Below, piece after piece: positions 1 to 13,063 of a DNA stretch of 64,000 nucleotides. A program made the position numbers and the translations under genes. Location of the stretch: positions 372,001 to 436,000 of the forward strand of contig JBODTK010000015.1 of the NCBI GenBank assembly GCA_050613775.1. Direction: 5' to 3'. How positions within the stretch are numbered: the first letter of the stretch is position 1; each line of letters opens with the position of its first letter. The DNA comes from Neocallimastix sp. 'constans'. Lineage: Eukaryota. The notes beneath the pieces are model-generated. The model was given only the letters and a program-made list of their open reading frames with translations, was not told the DNA's origin and did not search any database.

Positions 1-339
1 ACAACTTCCAAATTTAATTTTTATAGTTTAATTTAATAAATGTTATTTTTTTTAACAATATAAATAATATTAAAAGTAATTTAAAATAATAGTTAAAAGT
101 TAAAATAAAATAGTTAGAATAGTTTTTTTTATAAAGAATATAATAAAAATAAATAAAATGTATTAAAATAAAAGTATAAGAAAAAGAATAAATTTCTTTC
201 TTTTTAATAATTGGAATAAATAATTTTAGTTTTAAATTTAAATAAATATTATTTTAAAAATTAATTTTTTTGTTTCCAAATTTATTTTCATCTTTGTTAA
301 TATTTATTTTTTTTGTTTTGAATATTTTAGTGTTTCAAC

Positions 340-901
340 CCCAGTCCATATCAGATTCGTTACAGGCCCAATAATGGAAGATTGGGAAAATATCTTAAAA
401 ATATATAAGAATCTTAAAGGAACTATTAATTATGGAATCAATTTTACCAAGAATAATAAAATAAAAGCATTTATCGACGCGAATTAATCTGGGGATAAGG
501 AAACCAGGAAATCAACAACCGGTTTTATTATAACAATAGGAAATACACTTATAAGTCGGTGTTCCAGGCTTCAACGTTCTGTGTCTACATCTAGTGCAGA
601 ATCCGAATATAACAGCTTAAGTGAATGTGGAAAACATTGTGCTTGGTATCTTGTTCAATGAGCTAAATCAAAACTTAAAATGTATTTCAACATAGATAAT
701 AAAGACGCAATCTATAATAGCAAGAATCAAACCATTAATCTAAGAACGAAACATATCAATATCAGAATGCATTACATAAGGGAACTCATTAAAGAAAACA
801 AAATACATCTTAAATATATTAAATCAGAACACAACCTCGCCGATGGATTCACTAAGTATTTGAATAGCACATTAATTGTTAAATTTAGAAACTTTATATA
901 A
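340..901 (+). pseudogene. Ty1/Copia pol remnant (end of RT and RNase H)
   Basis: Broken frames read LKGTINYGI, FIDA, RKSTTGFII, STSSAESEY and the ORF-track peptide KHINIRMHYIRE...NLADGFTK, all Copia RNase H motifs; stops and frameshifts present. Confidence 0.9.
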
Positions 902-968
902 TATGATAGTAAAGAGCTAAATTTTTAAATTTAAAAATCCAAATATATTTCAAAATGAATATATATTT

Positions 969-1290
969 GAGAGGGAGTGTTAAAATATAAAAATAGTAAC
1001 ATATTAATATTTTATAAAAGTATTAAAATAGTAAAACATCTATATTTAATTTATATGAACCAATAATAATTAATGTATTTATATTAAATAATAATTTATA
1101 AAATATAAAAGTGAATGTAATGATTTAATGTAAAAAAACGACAACTCTTGAAACCATAATTATAAAATAATATAATAAAGTATTATATAATAATATCTAA
1201 TTAAAATAGTTTTACCTTTTTGTACTTTTTAAATATATGCTATTCTAATATTTATCATAATAAAGATATTTTTTATTTCTAAAAAATTAT
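969..1290 (+). repeat. Copia polypurine tract and start of 3' LTR (right boundary uncertain)
   Basis: GAGAGGGAG immediately followed by TGTTAAAA at 978, just after the RNase H stop. Confidence 0.6.
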
Positions 1291-1885
1291 AAGTCTCAAT
1301 CTACTAATTAAACTTGAACCAAAATAAATTAAAGTAATAATTTAAATTAAATTTTTAATAGTCTATTTTATTTAAAAAAAATAAAGAACTAATAAATAAT
1401 TACTTTTATTATTGATTATATTTTTATTTATTATTTAATTGAATCCATAAGAAATAAAGGTATTTTTTAATCAACTATAAATAAAATTATAATTAAAAAT
1501 AAAATAAAAATATCATCAAATTGAAAATTAAATAGACAACTAATGATATTAACATAAATTTGAAATTAAAAAACTACTTTTAATATAAAAGTAAATTTTA
1601 ATTAAAAAATAATAATAAAAAATTAATTAATAAATAAAATTATAAATAAATCATATTACATTTTTATCAAATATATTAAAACAAAATTATGAAATCAATC
1701 AATGAGTAAAAAAGTTATTAATAAAACGAAGTCTTTTTAAATAAAAAAATAAATTTAGTTAAAGTGATCACAATTACATTCACTTCTAAAAAGACTAAAA
1801 GTCTCAATCCAATATCGAAATTTAATAAAATAGTATAATCATATACAAATAAAAAAGTAAATTATTAATTATAAATAAAAGGAAA

Positions 1886-2700
1886 ATGAATGAAGTTTTG
1901 ACATGATTTTCCACAAGCAATACCTTAACCAGAGAAAACTATAGAATCTGGTTAAATGAAATAAGCTTACTGGCATCTTCAAATGGTGTAAGAGAATATT
2001 TACACCAAGAAAAAATAAAAACAATCAAAAAATCAGAAATATCAAAAGATGAACTAAAAACTATTTAAAAGTTATCGATCAGGCTGATTTATATTACATA
2101 AAAGGAATTACCAATGATATGATAACTAAAGATGCAAAAGCCAAATACTATATATTTAACAGTATTCCAAATGAGATGAAACTAAAAATAGATTTTGAAT
2201 TACTCTTCGAATATTAAATAATGAAAATAATAAAATAAATGAATGCTAAGAGTGATAAAGGAAAAATTTATGAATAAGAAAATAAATTAAAAATAATATG
2301 TTTCACTGCAAAAGATGATATAAGTCTATTTATATCAGAGATAGACCTAATATTCAACAAGTTAAAGAAATAAGTAGAGAGGGAGATGATAAAAGAAAAT
2401 TTGAATACCTTTATATGGAAATATTTAAAGAACTAAGAATCTAAATACATATGATAACATACAACACTTGAGTGGGATAAGTTAAAGACTCATTTAAGGA
2501 AAGCTATCTCACAAATATTATATTTAAATGAACTTGAAATGATTAAGTAAACATCAAATATAAAACCGATAAAACTAAATTCAATGGTAAACTAAATTGG
2601 AGAACAAAAATCAGATATAGGCCTAATAACATTGATAATAGAAAATAATATATATGTAACAAAATGGGCCAGTCCATCAATTTACAACAAAAGATTTCAA
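1886..2700 (+). pseudogene. Degenerate Ty1/Copia gag
   Basis: Fragment LTRENYRIWLNEISLLASSNGVREYL and downstream KDAKAKYYIFNSIP resemble Copia gag N-termini; many stops. Confidence 0.6.
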
Positions 2701-4038
2701 AATTATAAATTTAATTATTTAAACGATAATTATATTCAAAAATGTAAATAATAAAAATTTATACAATGAATATGATGTTTATATAAATTTAAATTACAAT
2801 AACAGTGATAATGAAATTAATAATAAATTAAATCTTATAAATAACACAAATAAGCAAACTGATGATAATATATATTTAAATTAAGTGCTGGAAATTTAGT
2901 AAGTAAAAATGAAAATCATTCTTTAATTAAAAGTTCTGAAAGAAATAACATAAAAGGTAATGAAATTAAAGAATAATTAAATTTTAATGAATATAAAAAT
3001 AATAGTGTCGTCCTCAGAAAATAAACAAATAAATTACATAATAATAAATAATAAATTAAATAATAAAAATATTGAAGGGATTTGTTAATTGAGAATAATT
3101 ATAATTATTATTTATAAAATTATTATATTCATGATTATTTTTTTAATTGCATTATTTTCAGAAAAAATATTATCAGAATTATCACTTTTGGAATAATTAT
3201 TAATGTTACTATTATATTTATAACAGAATCAATAATTACATTTATTTTAGTATTTTAATATTTAGTATTATTTTTCAATAAAGTTTTAAAACAAATAATT
3301 AATGGTATGGTTCATATAGTTTTAGGAAATATAATAATAATTAAAACAAGTAATAAAATTACAATAAAAATAATTTTGTTTTAAAATCAATATTTATTTA
3401 TTTAAATTTATAAAAGAAAAATAATATATTTATTTAATAAAAGTAAGTTATTGATTATATTTTATTTCGCTAAAAATTACATGTATTTATATTTTTTTAT
3501 CAAAATTAAAATATTTGTAAAGCCTAACTATTTCTTAATAAACTAATTACTAATTATTTTAATAAATAAAACATTTAAATTGAAATTGAATTATTATTTT
3601 AGTTAATAATATTATTGTTATAAATATTAGTTTTATATTATTGAATTATCAATTTTTTAATAATAGTTTAATATTAATATATATAAAATAAAAATAAAGA
3701 GATTATACAGAATATTTTAATTGTGGTTTAGTTAAATTTAGTAATTAAAAATAAATTTAAATTGATAACGAAAATTTTAATAACTAATTAAATAGATTTG
3801 ATTATTTTCAATATAACATATTACAAAAGAAATATAATATTAATATATTAAGTGGGCAAGGACAATATTCTTGGCTAAAGATTTTTAATACATTATAATG
3901 GAATCGGATCGATAATTCAAAAAGGAATTATAAGTTAATTGGTGATTTATTAACTTAAGATTTCTATTTAGTAATATTTGAAGAATATTGGAAAGTTCCA
4001 ATTATATAGAATAGAATAATCTATAAAGTTAGAATAAT

Positions 4039-5196
4039 TGTTAAAGTTTTGAGATAATTTGGTCTTAACGATTAAGTCAAGATGCCAAATTATAGTAATT
4101 AATTAATAATTTAATTTTACTCTAATTTAAAACATATTGTAAGATAATAATATAAATATTTAATATAAATAAAATATAAGAATCTAATATAACTAAATAT
4201 TATATTTTATAATTAAAATATAATATGTAAAGATTTTGATAATAAATTAATATAGAAATTAATTTAATATTGATATAAAACAAATATGTGTAGCAACATA
4301 TTTGTATATTTAATAATAATTATTAAATATTAAATTTATATCTCTTTTGTCAATAATAATATTTGAAATAATTTCTTATTCATATATTATTCAATATTTA
4401 TATATATTATTCATTATAATATGAAATATATTAAATATATTAAATTAAATAGTTAATTTCTTCTAAATATATATAATAAGAATATTATTATATATATAAC
4501 TTAACTATTCATATTTATTTTAAAGTTTATATTAAAAATACATAATACTTCTATATATTATAATATATAATATAATGAAATAGTTTTAGTTATTTTAATT
4601 ATAATTAAATATATATAGTTGATATTATTTATTATATTATATCTATATTTATTATATAAAATTATATATATTCTTATATATTTAACTTTATTATTCTTAT
4701 TTTCATTTTAAGAATTATATAGTTATATTTATTATATTTATCATTTTATTATATATTTATTATATATTATACTTACTCCGATATAATATATTTTAAATGT
4801 ATATTTATTATTATTAATATTTATTAAATTATTATAAAGATTTCTAATAACTACTCTTCTTTGTTGTAGTTTAGAGAAAACCCTTGGTTAATTGGGTTTT
4901 ATAAATTAAAATATATTAATAAATGTTAATTAAATATAACGATACTATTAAAAATAAGTAGCACATAAAAGTCCCGCCTATCAAAATGACAATCACGTGT
5001 TTACATTATTTAATATATATTAATTTCAATATGATAATAATATTTAGTCAATTAGTTGGCCTAGACTAATTCCTAAATATTTTAATAAAGTTAATTTAAT
5101 AATATTTATTATATATTATTATTTATTAATATTGAAATTCAAATAACTGAATTATCGAAATTGAAATTGAATTGAAATTCAGTTATTTTCTTAACA
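4039..5196 (-). repeat. 3' LTR of the non-autonomous element (contains a solo LTR insertion and a ~240 bp deletion relative to the 5' LTR)
   Basis: Alignment by eye with 7616-8267. Confidence 0.85.
4271..4983 (+). mobile_element. Solo LTR of the Gypsy-B family
   Basis: TGATATAAAACAAATATGTG...AAAAGTCCCGCCTATCA, near-identical to 62446-63141; 4-bp TSD ATAT/AAAT with one mismatch; the empty site is visible at about 8055. Confidence 0.92.
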
Positions 5197-6651
5197 ATGC
5201 CCTTCCACAAAAATTGAATTCCAGACGTGTGTAACATTGTTAAAAAAAAATTTTGTTAAGTTATTAAAAAAAAAAATTTTTATTTTTTTAAAGTTAATTA
5301 GGAATTAAAATGTCACTTGAATCTTTTAGAGAAGACCTTTTAAGTGACAATTTCATAAAATTTGTCAAAATTTGTTAAAATTAAAATTTTATTATAAAAT
5401 TCAATGTTTTTAAATATGATGGTACCAATATTAATATATATTCCCTTGTAAAATTTTGAAATTGAAATTTTGAAATTTAATTGAAATTAACATTTCAATT
5501 TTTACCATTAACTTTGAAATTATTGAAAATTTTAAAAATATAGTAAATAATAAATATATTAAAATATAAAATTAATATTATCGTTGAATATATAATTTTT
5601 ATTAAATTTTGAAATTTCGTAATGTGAAATTTTTAAATGTCGAAATTTGAAATTTGAAATTTTAAAATTTATAATATTTTAATTTTCTAAATTTTGAAAT
5701 TGTAATTGAAAATTTATCAATTTAACTATTGAATATATTTTATCAATATAATTTATTGAATATATTATAATATTCAATTTAATATATTATTAACCTTGAT
5801 AATTATGAAAGCGTCCTTATCATAATTATCATTTTATCATCAAAGAATATTATAGAGAAAAGCGTCCTTTTCAATATAATATTAGATAAATTCCAATAAG
5901 ATATTAATGAATTTTAAATTATAAGTACAACAGAATAGACCACCTTTCGAAACACTTTTAGAGACCACCCTTCGGATTCATATATTCATAATTATTAATC
6001 AGCGATTGGATTGATTGGATTGTGAACGTACTAATATTTTATTACATTATGCCTTTTCGTTATTGTTCTGTTGTTACTAAAAAATTTAAAATTTGACATA
6101 ATCTATTTGGAAATTTTGAAAATGTTGAGATTGTAAATTATACTTTATTATTAAATTTTAACTAGTATTAATTTAATAACCATATAAATCTTAAAATTTT
6201 AATTATAACTCTTGTAGAAAATACTTTAATTATAGCTCTTGTAAAAATATTATTAAGTGTAAAGGAAGGGAAAAGTTGATTGTTTTCAACTGTTTAATTA
6301 TAATATAATAAAGGTTTTTGATTTTAAAAAAAAATTATTAATCCCAAATATTGATTCCTACTGAATTTTTTTTTTTTAATTGGAATAATTCATTAATTGA
6401 AAGGTTTTAATAATTATTTTAATATTAGATTTTGGTAAATTAATATAAAAAAATTGATTTTATTAATTGAAAGTTTTAATATTATGTAAAATAAAATTAT
6501 AGTAGTTTATTTAATATCCAAATTTAGTATTATTATAATTAAAGTTATTTATTAATAACTATAATTAATTATTAATGTATATTCAAATGTAAATAATAAT
6601 CGAAGATTATAAAATCTACCAGTGCAGTATCGTTTTAATTTAAATAGTAAA

Positions 6652-7581
6652 TTAATTATTATCAATAAAGTGTTTGTTAATTATATTATTCTTCGTATTT
6701 ACATGATATGGTGGAGAAAAATCTGATTCATGAGAATGTGCCTTTATTTTTCTCATTTTAGACTTGGAAATGATGATCTTTAAGACAAATGAAATTAATA
6801 CTACAACTGTTTTACTATTACAATTTTTATAATGGCGGTTTGAGATACTTGTTTCTAGTTTTGGTTTAACCTTGGTAATACTAATGTTGTTCTTATATGT
6901 TAAATTATCACCTTGATTTATGTTATACTTAACTTTCAATTTATTATTAACCTTCTTAATTATATTTATTTTAGAATATTTATTATATTTATTTGTTATT
7001 TCTTTATTATTTTCATTAATATTTAATTGATTGTTATAAGTAAAATAAACTTGATTTTTGCTAGAAATTTCATTATTGAAAGATTGGTTTTCCATAATGG
7101 GTTGATTTTTTATAGAATTAATATTATTTCTCGAATTTTCAGAAGTCTTGATTTGAATAGATTCTTTATTAATGTTTTTATCTTTATCAATCACATTAAT
7201 TCTATTATTAGTGTTTCCTTTTGATTTTTTATAATTTATTTTAGGATCTAAATATTTGAAAGACCTATTTAGCTTAATATAATGTAACGAATTCGTTTTA
7301 TTTTGAAGAAGTATTTTATTGATTTGATCTAAGACATTCTGAGCAGTATTCATATCTATAGAATGATTTTCTATTGACTTTAAGACTTTAGACCTAAGGG
7401 CACAAGCCTGTTTTTGGGCTTTAATAAGTATTGATAACTGAGCATTAACTTCCTTTGTAACTTTATTAACAAACCCATTGTATTCTTCAATAGAAATGTA
7501 ATCTTTCTTTATTTCTTTTAATTTATTTGTATCATCTATTTTGAATGATACAGAAGTAGCGTTACTAGTTATTTTAGACAT
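6652..7581 (-). CDS. Orphan 309-aa ORF in gag position; helical N-terminus, Asn/Lys-rich C-terminal half
   Basis: Open frame with its ATG 34 nt inside the 5' LTR boundary; no recognisable motif, no CCHC knuckle. Confidence 0.55.
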   Translation of the reverse strand: MSKITSNATSVSFKIDDTNKLKEIKKDYISIEEYNGFVNKVTKEVNAQLSILIKAQKQACALRSKVLKSIENHSIDMNTAQNVLDQINKILLQNKTNSLHYIKLNRSFKYLDPKINYKKSKGNTNNRINVIDKDKNINKESIQIKTSENSRNNINSIKNQPIMENQSFNNEISSKNQVYFTYNNQLNINENNKEITNKYNKYSKINIIKKVNNKLKVKYNINQGDNLTYKNNISITKVKPKLETSISNRHYKNCNSKTVVVLISFVLKIIISKSKMRKIKAHSHESDFSPPYHVNTKNNIINKHFIDNN

Positions 7582-7615
7582 CTTGAGGCAATCGATATAT
7601 ACTGGGTAGGATCAT

Positions 7616-8267
7616 TGTTAAAGTTTTGAGATAATTTGGTCGATTATGTCAAGATGCCAAATTATAGTAATTAATTAATAATTTAATTTTACTCTTATTT
7701 AAAACATATTGTTATTAGTAAATTTTATAATCAAGTTTTTATTTAAAATATAAATTTTATTTAATCTTAATAATATTTTATTACATTATTATTTTATATA
7801 ATTATTACTCTAATTTAAATTACAATAATCCTACAAAGGATTAATCAAAAGATTTAAACATGTATTTATATAAAGTAATTACTTATTAAAAAATTAATTA
7901 TTAATATGAATATGTAATAGTATTAATATAAGTTTGATATTGATAATATAAAGTAAGATAATAATATAAATATTTAATATAAATAAAATATAAGAATCTA
8001 ATATAACTAAATATTATATATTTTATATAATAAATTAATATAGAAATTAATTTAATATGACAATCACTTGTTTACATTATTTAATATATATTAATTTCAA
8101 TATGATAATAATATTTAGTCAATTAGTTGGCCTAGACTAATTCCTAAATATTTTAATAAAGTTAATTTAATAATATTTATTATATATTATTATTTATTAA
8201 TATTGAAATTCAAATAACTGAATTATCGAAATTGAAATTGAATTGAAATTCAGTTATTATCTTAACA
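7616..8267 (-). repeat. 5' LTR of the non-autonomous element (652 bp)
   Basis: TGTTAA...TTAACA termini, direct repeat of 4039-5196. Confidence 0.88.
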
Positions 8268-8322
8268 ATAATTAATATTATTCTAGCACAATTAGTATTA
8301 TTTATTCATTCTGTATTATTAA

Positions 8323-9180
8323 TGGTACAAGATCTGAAGATTTTATTAATAAAATAATATATTCTAATAATAAGGAAAAATTTAAAATAATATTCTCTAA
8401 TTCTAAACCTAAATTAATTAATAAACTATTTTAATTTTAGTCTAAACTATCCTAATCTAAAAGAATCTAAACTAAATTAGAATAACTTAAACTAATATCC
8501 TAATCTAAACTATTCTAATCTAAACTAAACAATTTCTCTAAATCTATTACTATTTCTATAAAATGTTTAATACAACTAATCTATTACTAAACTAATTTTA
8601 TACTATACTATCTTAATATTATACATTAAACACAAAACTATTAATTAAACACTTTTAAAACACTAAATTTAGAAAAAACTATTTAATAAATATTAATTTA
8701 TTTTAAACTATTTAATTTATTATTTAACTTTTAGAAAATATTAAAAAAATAATATAATAATAAAGTCGTAAGAAAAAAAGGGGGAGAACAAAAGTATTGT
8801 GTTACTTTGTTCTTTTTTATACTAATAAAATATTTATTTGATTAGATTAAAAATAAAAATAAAGATTTAATAATAAAAATTTAATAATAAAAATTTAATA
8901 ATAAAAATTTAATAATAAAAATTTAATAATAAAAATATAATAAACTTAAATTTTCTAAATTATTAAAATATTATATAAAAATTTTACAATATTAAATAAT
9001 ATAATTAATACATGATTTTTCAATACATCTAATTATTTTTATTTAACTTTATAATATTCTATAATTAATATTTTAATATTCAATTTTTTTTTATATTTAT
9101 TTATAATTGTTAATAATATTTTTTACTTTAATATTTTTTTTAAATAGTTTAATTTTTCTTTATTTAATTGTACCGTACCA
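8323..9180 (-). repeat. Gypsy-A 3' LTR (858 bp)
   Basis: TGGTAC...GTACCA termini; preceded on the minus strand by AGGGGTGGCATCA right after the integrase stop; near-identical to 14971-15718. Confidence 0.92.
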
Positions 9181-9197
9181 TGATGCCACCCCTAAGT

Positions 9198-12100
9198 TCA
9201 GACTTCGTCCCTTGAAATCTCAATTTCGCATAGTCTATAAGGTATAATATTTTTTAAGTGGACATTTCTTTCAGCAATTTCGTTTGTTAATGGATCACAT
9301 AACGTTACAGTATTGAATTGTTTTTTAACAATTTTCATAGGACCTAAGAAGTATGGATCAAGTTTTCTTCTATTTACTAGATCTCCTGGTTTATAATTAG
9401 CTTTAAGTCTTTTTACTTGTTTTCTTCTATCTTCCCAGATTTTGTTTGCTGTTTGAATATTATTTATGGCTTCCTTGATCCATTTATAATGTTTTGTAAA
9501 TCTTCTAATTAAAAATTCATCATAACTTTCATAATTTTCCTTTTTATCTAAGTTTAATTGTAATTCAAACGGCTGAAGGTCACGTCGGCCATATAACAAT
9601 TCAAAACTTGAAAATTTAGTTGTTTCGTTTTTACAAGTACGCAAGGCCCATAAAGCACTAGGTGGCATTTCATCCCATATTGATGTATTTTTATTACAAA
9701 GTAATCTAAGGTATTTGCCTATTTCTTTGTTTCGATTTTCTACTTGACCATTAGATTCTGGATGATAAGTAACAACGAAGTTAACATAAACACCATATAA
9801 GTCTAAGAATGCTTTTGTTTTGTCAGAACAGAACTGTGGACAATTATCAGTTACTAATATTTCTGGTATTCTGAATCGAGCAAAAATCTTGGATAAAAAT
9901 TCTATTACATCATCTGAATCAATATTTTGGGTTGGTTCTGCTTCAACCCACTTTGTTAAGTAATCTACTAAAACTATTATATATTTATTTCCTTTTCTTG
10001 AAGTAGGAAGTGGACCTACTATATCCAAACCAACTTTCGTAAATGGTAAACCAGGTTGAGTAGCAATATCTTCTGTTTGGTTATTAAAAGATTGCGATCT
10101 AAAGTGTTGACATCTATCACAAGTTCTGACAATGTATTTAACGTCAAGTATCATGTTGATCCAATAATAGTCACGTTTAAGTCTATTGTAAGTTTTAAAT
10201 ACTCCTTTGTGACCAACTTTGTGAGCTTTTAGTATTAAATCAATTTTTTCGTCTTGATTTTTTATAACTTTTCTAAGTTTTCCATGATCTTTATAATATT
10301 CCTCGTTATTAATTATTGTAAATTTATCTTTAAATTTTGTAAGTTATATGGATTATTTTCATTTATCTCTTCAGTAATAGTTGCTAATATTGTATTTTCT
10401 TTTGTTGATAATCTAGAAAGTGCATCAGCGATGACATTTTTCTTTCCAGGTTCATATAAGACTTTAACTTTTAGCATTGATAGAAGTAATACCCATCGAG
10501 TTTGTCTAGAATTGTTAGTTTCTTTATTTTTGAAAAGTCCAACTAAAGATTTATGATCGGTGAATAAGAATTTCATATTTATTTCCAGAAATATAAGATT
10601 TAAATTTTTGAACACAGTAAGTCGCGGCAGTTCCTTCAAGATCAGTTATTGAATAATTCTTTTCCGCCGGTTTTAAAGAGCGACTTACGAAGTGAATTGG
10701 CTTTTCAATACCATTCTCATCTTTCTGAAGTAAAACACCTCCAATACCATCGAAAGAGGCATCCGTTCTGATTATAAATTGTTTTTCAAAGTACGGATGC
10801 TAATTTTAGTTTCAACTCATTAAAGCTTTCTTCTTGTTCTTTACCCCAGATAAACTTTACACCTTTTTTTACAAGTTTAAATAATGGTTTTGCGATATTA
10901 GCGAAGTTAAGAATAAATTTACGGTAATAACCCACTGCACCAAGGAAAGATTGTAATTGTGTAACATTTTTTGGTGGTATCCATTCTAATATGACTTGAA
11001 CTTTAGCTTGAATAGGGGAAATACCATTAATTGATAAAGTATGTCCTAACAATTCGACTTTTATTTTAAAAAAGTGACATTTTTCTAAGTTAATTTTTAA
11101 TCCATTTTCTTTGATAATATCAAACACTTTCTTAATATCTATAATATGTTGTTCAAAGGAGGGTGAAAATATAACTAGATCATCGATATAAACAAACATG
11201 CATACTCCAATAAGAGGAAAGAATATTCTATTCATTTCCCTTTGAAAAGTACCTGGGGCATTGCATAAACCAAAGGGCATAACTAAGAATTGATAGTTAC
11301 CATACATTGTAGCAAAGCTAGTTTTAGGAATATCTTCTTTGTTCATAGGGATCTGATGAAATCCCGAAAATAAATCAATCGTAGTAAAACTTTAACCTTT
11401 TTCTCGATAGAAAATAAAATTTCATCTATAAGCGGTAACGAATATGAATCTTTAATAGTAAGATTGTTTAGTTTTCAAAAATCTATACATATTCTCTACT
11501 GTTTATTTTTCTTAGGCACTAAAATAACGGGAGAAGACCAAGGGGAGTGTGATGGTTCAATTAATTTATTTTTAAGTTTTTCTAATTCTTCTTTAAGAGC
11601 TAATGCTTGAACTTTAGAAAGTCGATAGCATCTCTGTTTAATCGGTTTAGCGTTAGGCTCGAGTTGAATACTATGAGGTAACAATTTAGTTGGTTTTAAC
11701 TCATCAATTTTTGTGGCAAGAATGGTATTATATTCATCAAATAACTTTTTTACTTCATTTCTTAACTTTTTTGGAATTCCTTTAAGTATATTTTGCATAA
11801 GTTGATCTTTTTCAAAAACACCATTTTTATTAATGATATCTACTTCTTTAGTTATTGTTTTAAAGTCTTCTGTTTTGTTTTGAGTTGTTGTTAAGTTATT
11901 ATTAATATTATCAATTTCATTAACAAAGCAATAAAGATAGGAATTATTATTAATATCAGAATTTGTTTTATCATATATAATTATTGATTCAGCATCTTCA
12001 TCATCACTAATAACATTTTCTTTCTCTTCTTTGCAAAAATTTTTGACACACATCCATTTGTTATTTTCTTTCATTACGCACAAATTATTATTAATAGGAT

Positions 12101-13056
12101 TAATAAATAAATTATTTTCTTTAAGTGTTTTATAGCTAATTAAAACATCAAATAGGTTTTGGTGATTATCTATAACTCTGAATATATCATGAATAGCTAA
12201 ATCTCCAAGTTGAACTTTTAGCAAGTAGATTTCAGTGTTAACATTCTCTTTAGATAATAATTGAACAAAATTATTTTTAACAAATCCAATTGGTTTTACA
12301 TCTCCTAACTTGTTTAAAAATTGTCTAGTAATAATATTAATGCTTGCGCCTGTATCTAAAAATGCAATACCTTGGACTCCATTAATTAAACATTCAACTG
12401 AAGCAACATCTTCCCTACGTATAGCAGATAATACAACTTCTTCAGGAATCTCTTTAATTGTTTCTGTAGTTTTTAATTTAAGGCCTTTACAATATCAGCA
12501 CGGAGTTTAGGACTAACATCCAATAATTAAGGTAATGTAATATTAGCAAACTTAGTACTTATGTCTTTACAAATATCATATTTTGATTGACCTTCCATAA
12601 TGGTTATTTGTTTATTGGGATTGTTGGTTTTAACTTTCTTCTCTTCTAATTCTACGCTTGGAAGTTTAACTCTAGATTCTTTATTAGAACAAACTCCGAG
12701 ATTCTTAGTGCTTTCTAATATTTTTTTTTCTTTTTGTTTCTTTGAATTTCGTTTAGCTTTGTTGATTGAGGGTTGCGCAATAACTGATACATCAATCTCC
12801 TCAAGTCTTTCGGTTTCATTTATAGGAGTATTAGATATTGTATTTATTTCGTTGGTTTCAATTTCTACATCTTCATTATCTTCTTGTATGATATTATTAG
12901 AATTAGAAGTATTATCATTTATTTTATTTTCATTTGGTTTTCTTTTATCTCTTGAATATGGTTTTTCAATAACTTGTTTTCCTTTTCTTCTAACTGCAGT
13001 AGCTATTATTTCGTCATTGGTTTGATTACTGGGAGTTTCCCTTCTCCCGTTTAGAA
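9198..13056 (-). pseudogene. pol: Gypsy-A pol (PR-RT-RNase H-IN), several frameshifts and stops
   Basis: ORF-track pieces 11496-12224, 10786-11346, 10313-10639 and 9198-10154 carry consecutive pol motifs. Confidence 0.93.
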
Positions 13057-13063
13057 GTTTAAA
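13031..13063 (-). promoter_or_regulatory. Candidate -1 ribosomal frameshift site (T TTA AAC plus hairpin)
   Basis: In-frame slippery heptamer just before the gag stop, 8-nt spacer, GGGAG-AAGGGAAA-CTCCC hairpin; the -1 frame is open (KLLNGRRETPSNQ). Confidence 0.8.

Larger units (their letters stand above)
4039..8267 (-). mobile_element. Non-autonomous LTR element with a single orphan ORF
   Basis: Direct repeats 4039-5196 and 7616-8267, both TGTTAA...TTAACA; perfect 5-bp TSD ATAAT (4034-4038, 8268-8272); purine run GGAAGGGCAT abuts the left LTR on the minus strand; no RT, RNase H or integrase motifs inside. Confidence 0.85.

Noticed and set aside
8865..8945. 14-bp tandem repeat, considered as a CRISPR-like array
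   Set aside because: No spacers; it is an LTR-internal minisatellite that differs by about one unit between the two LTRs.
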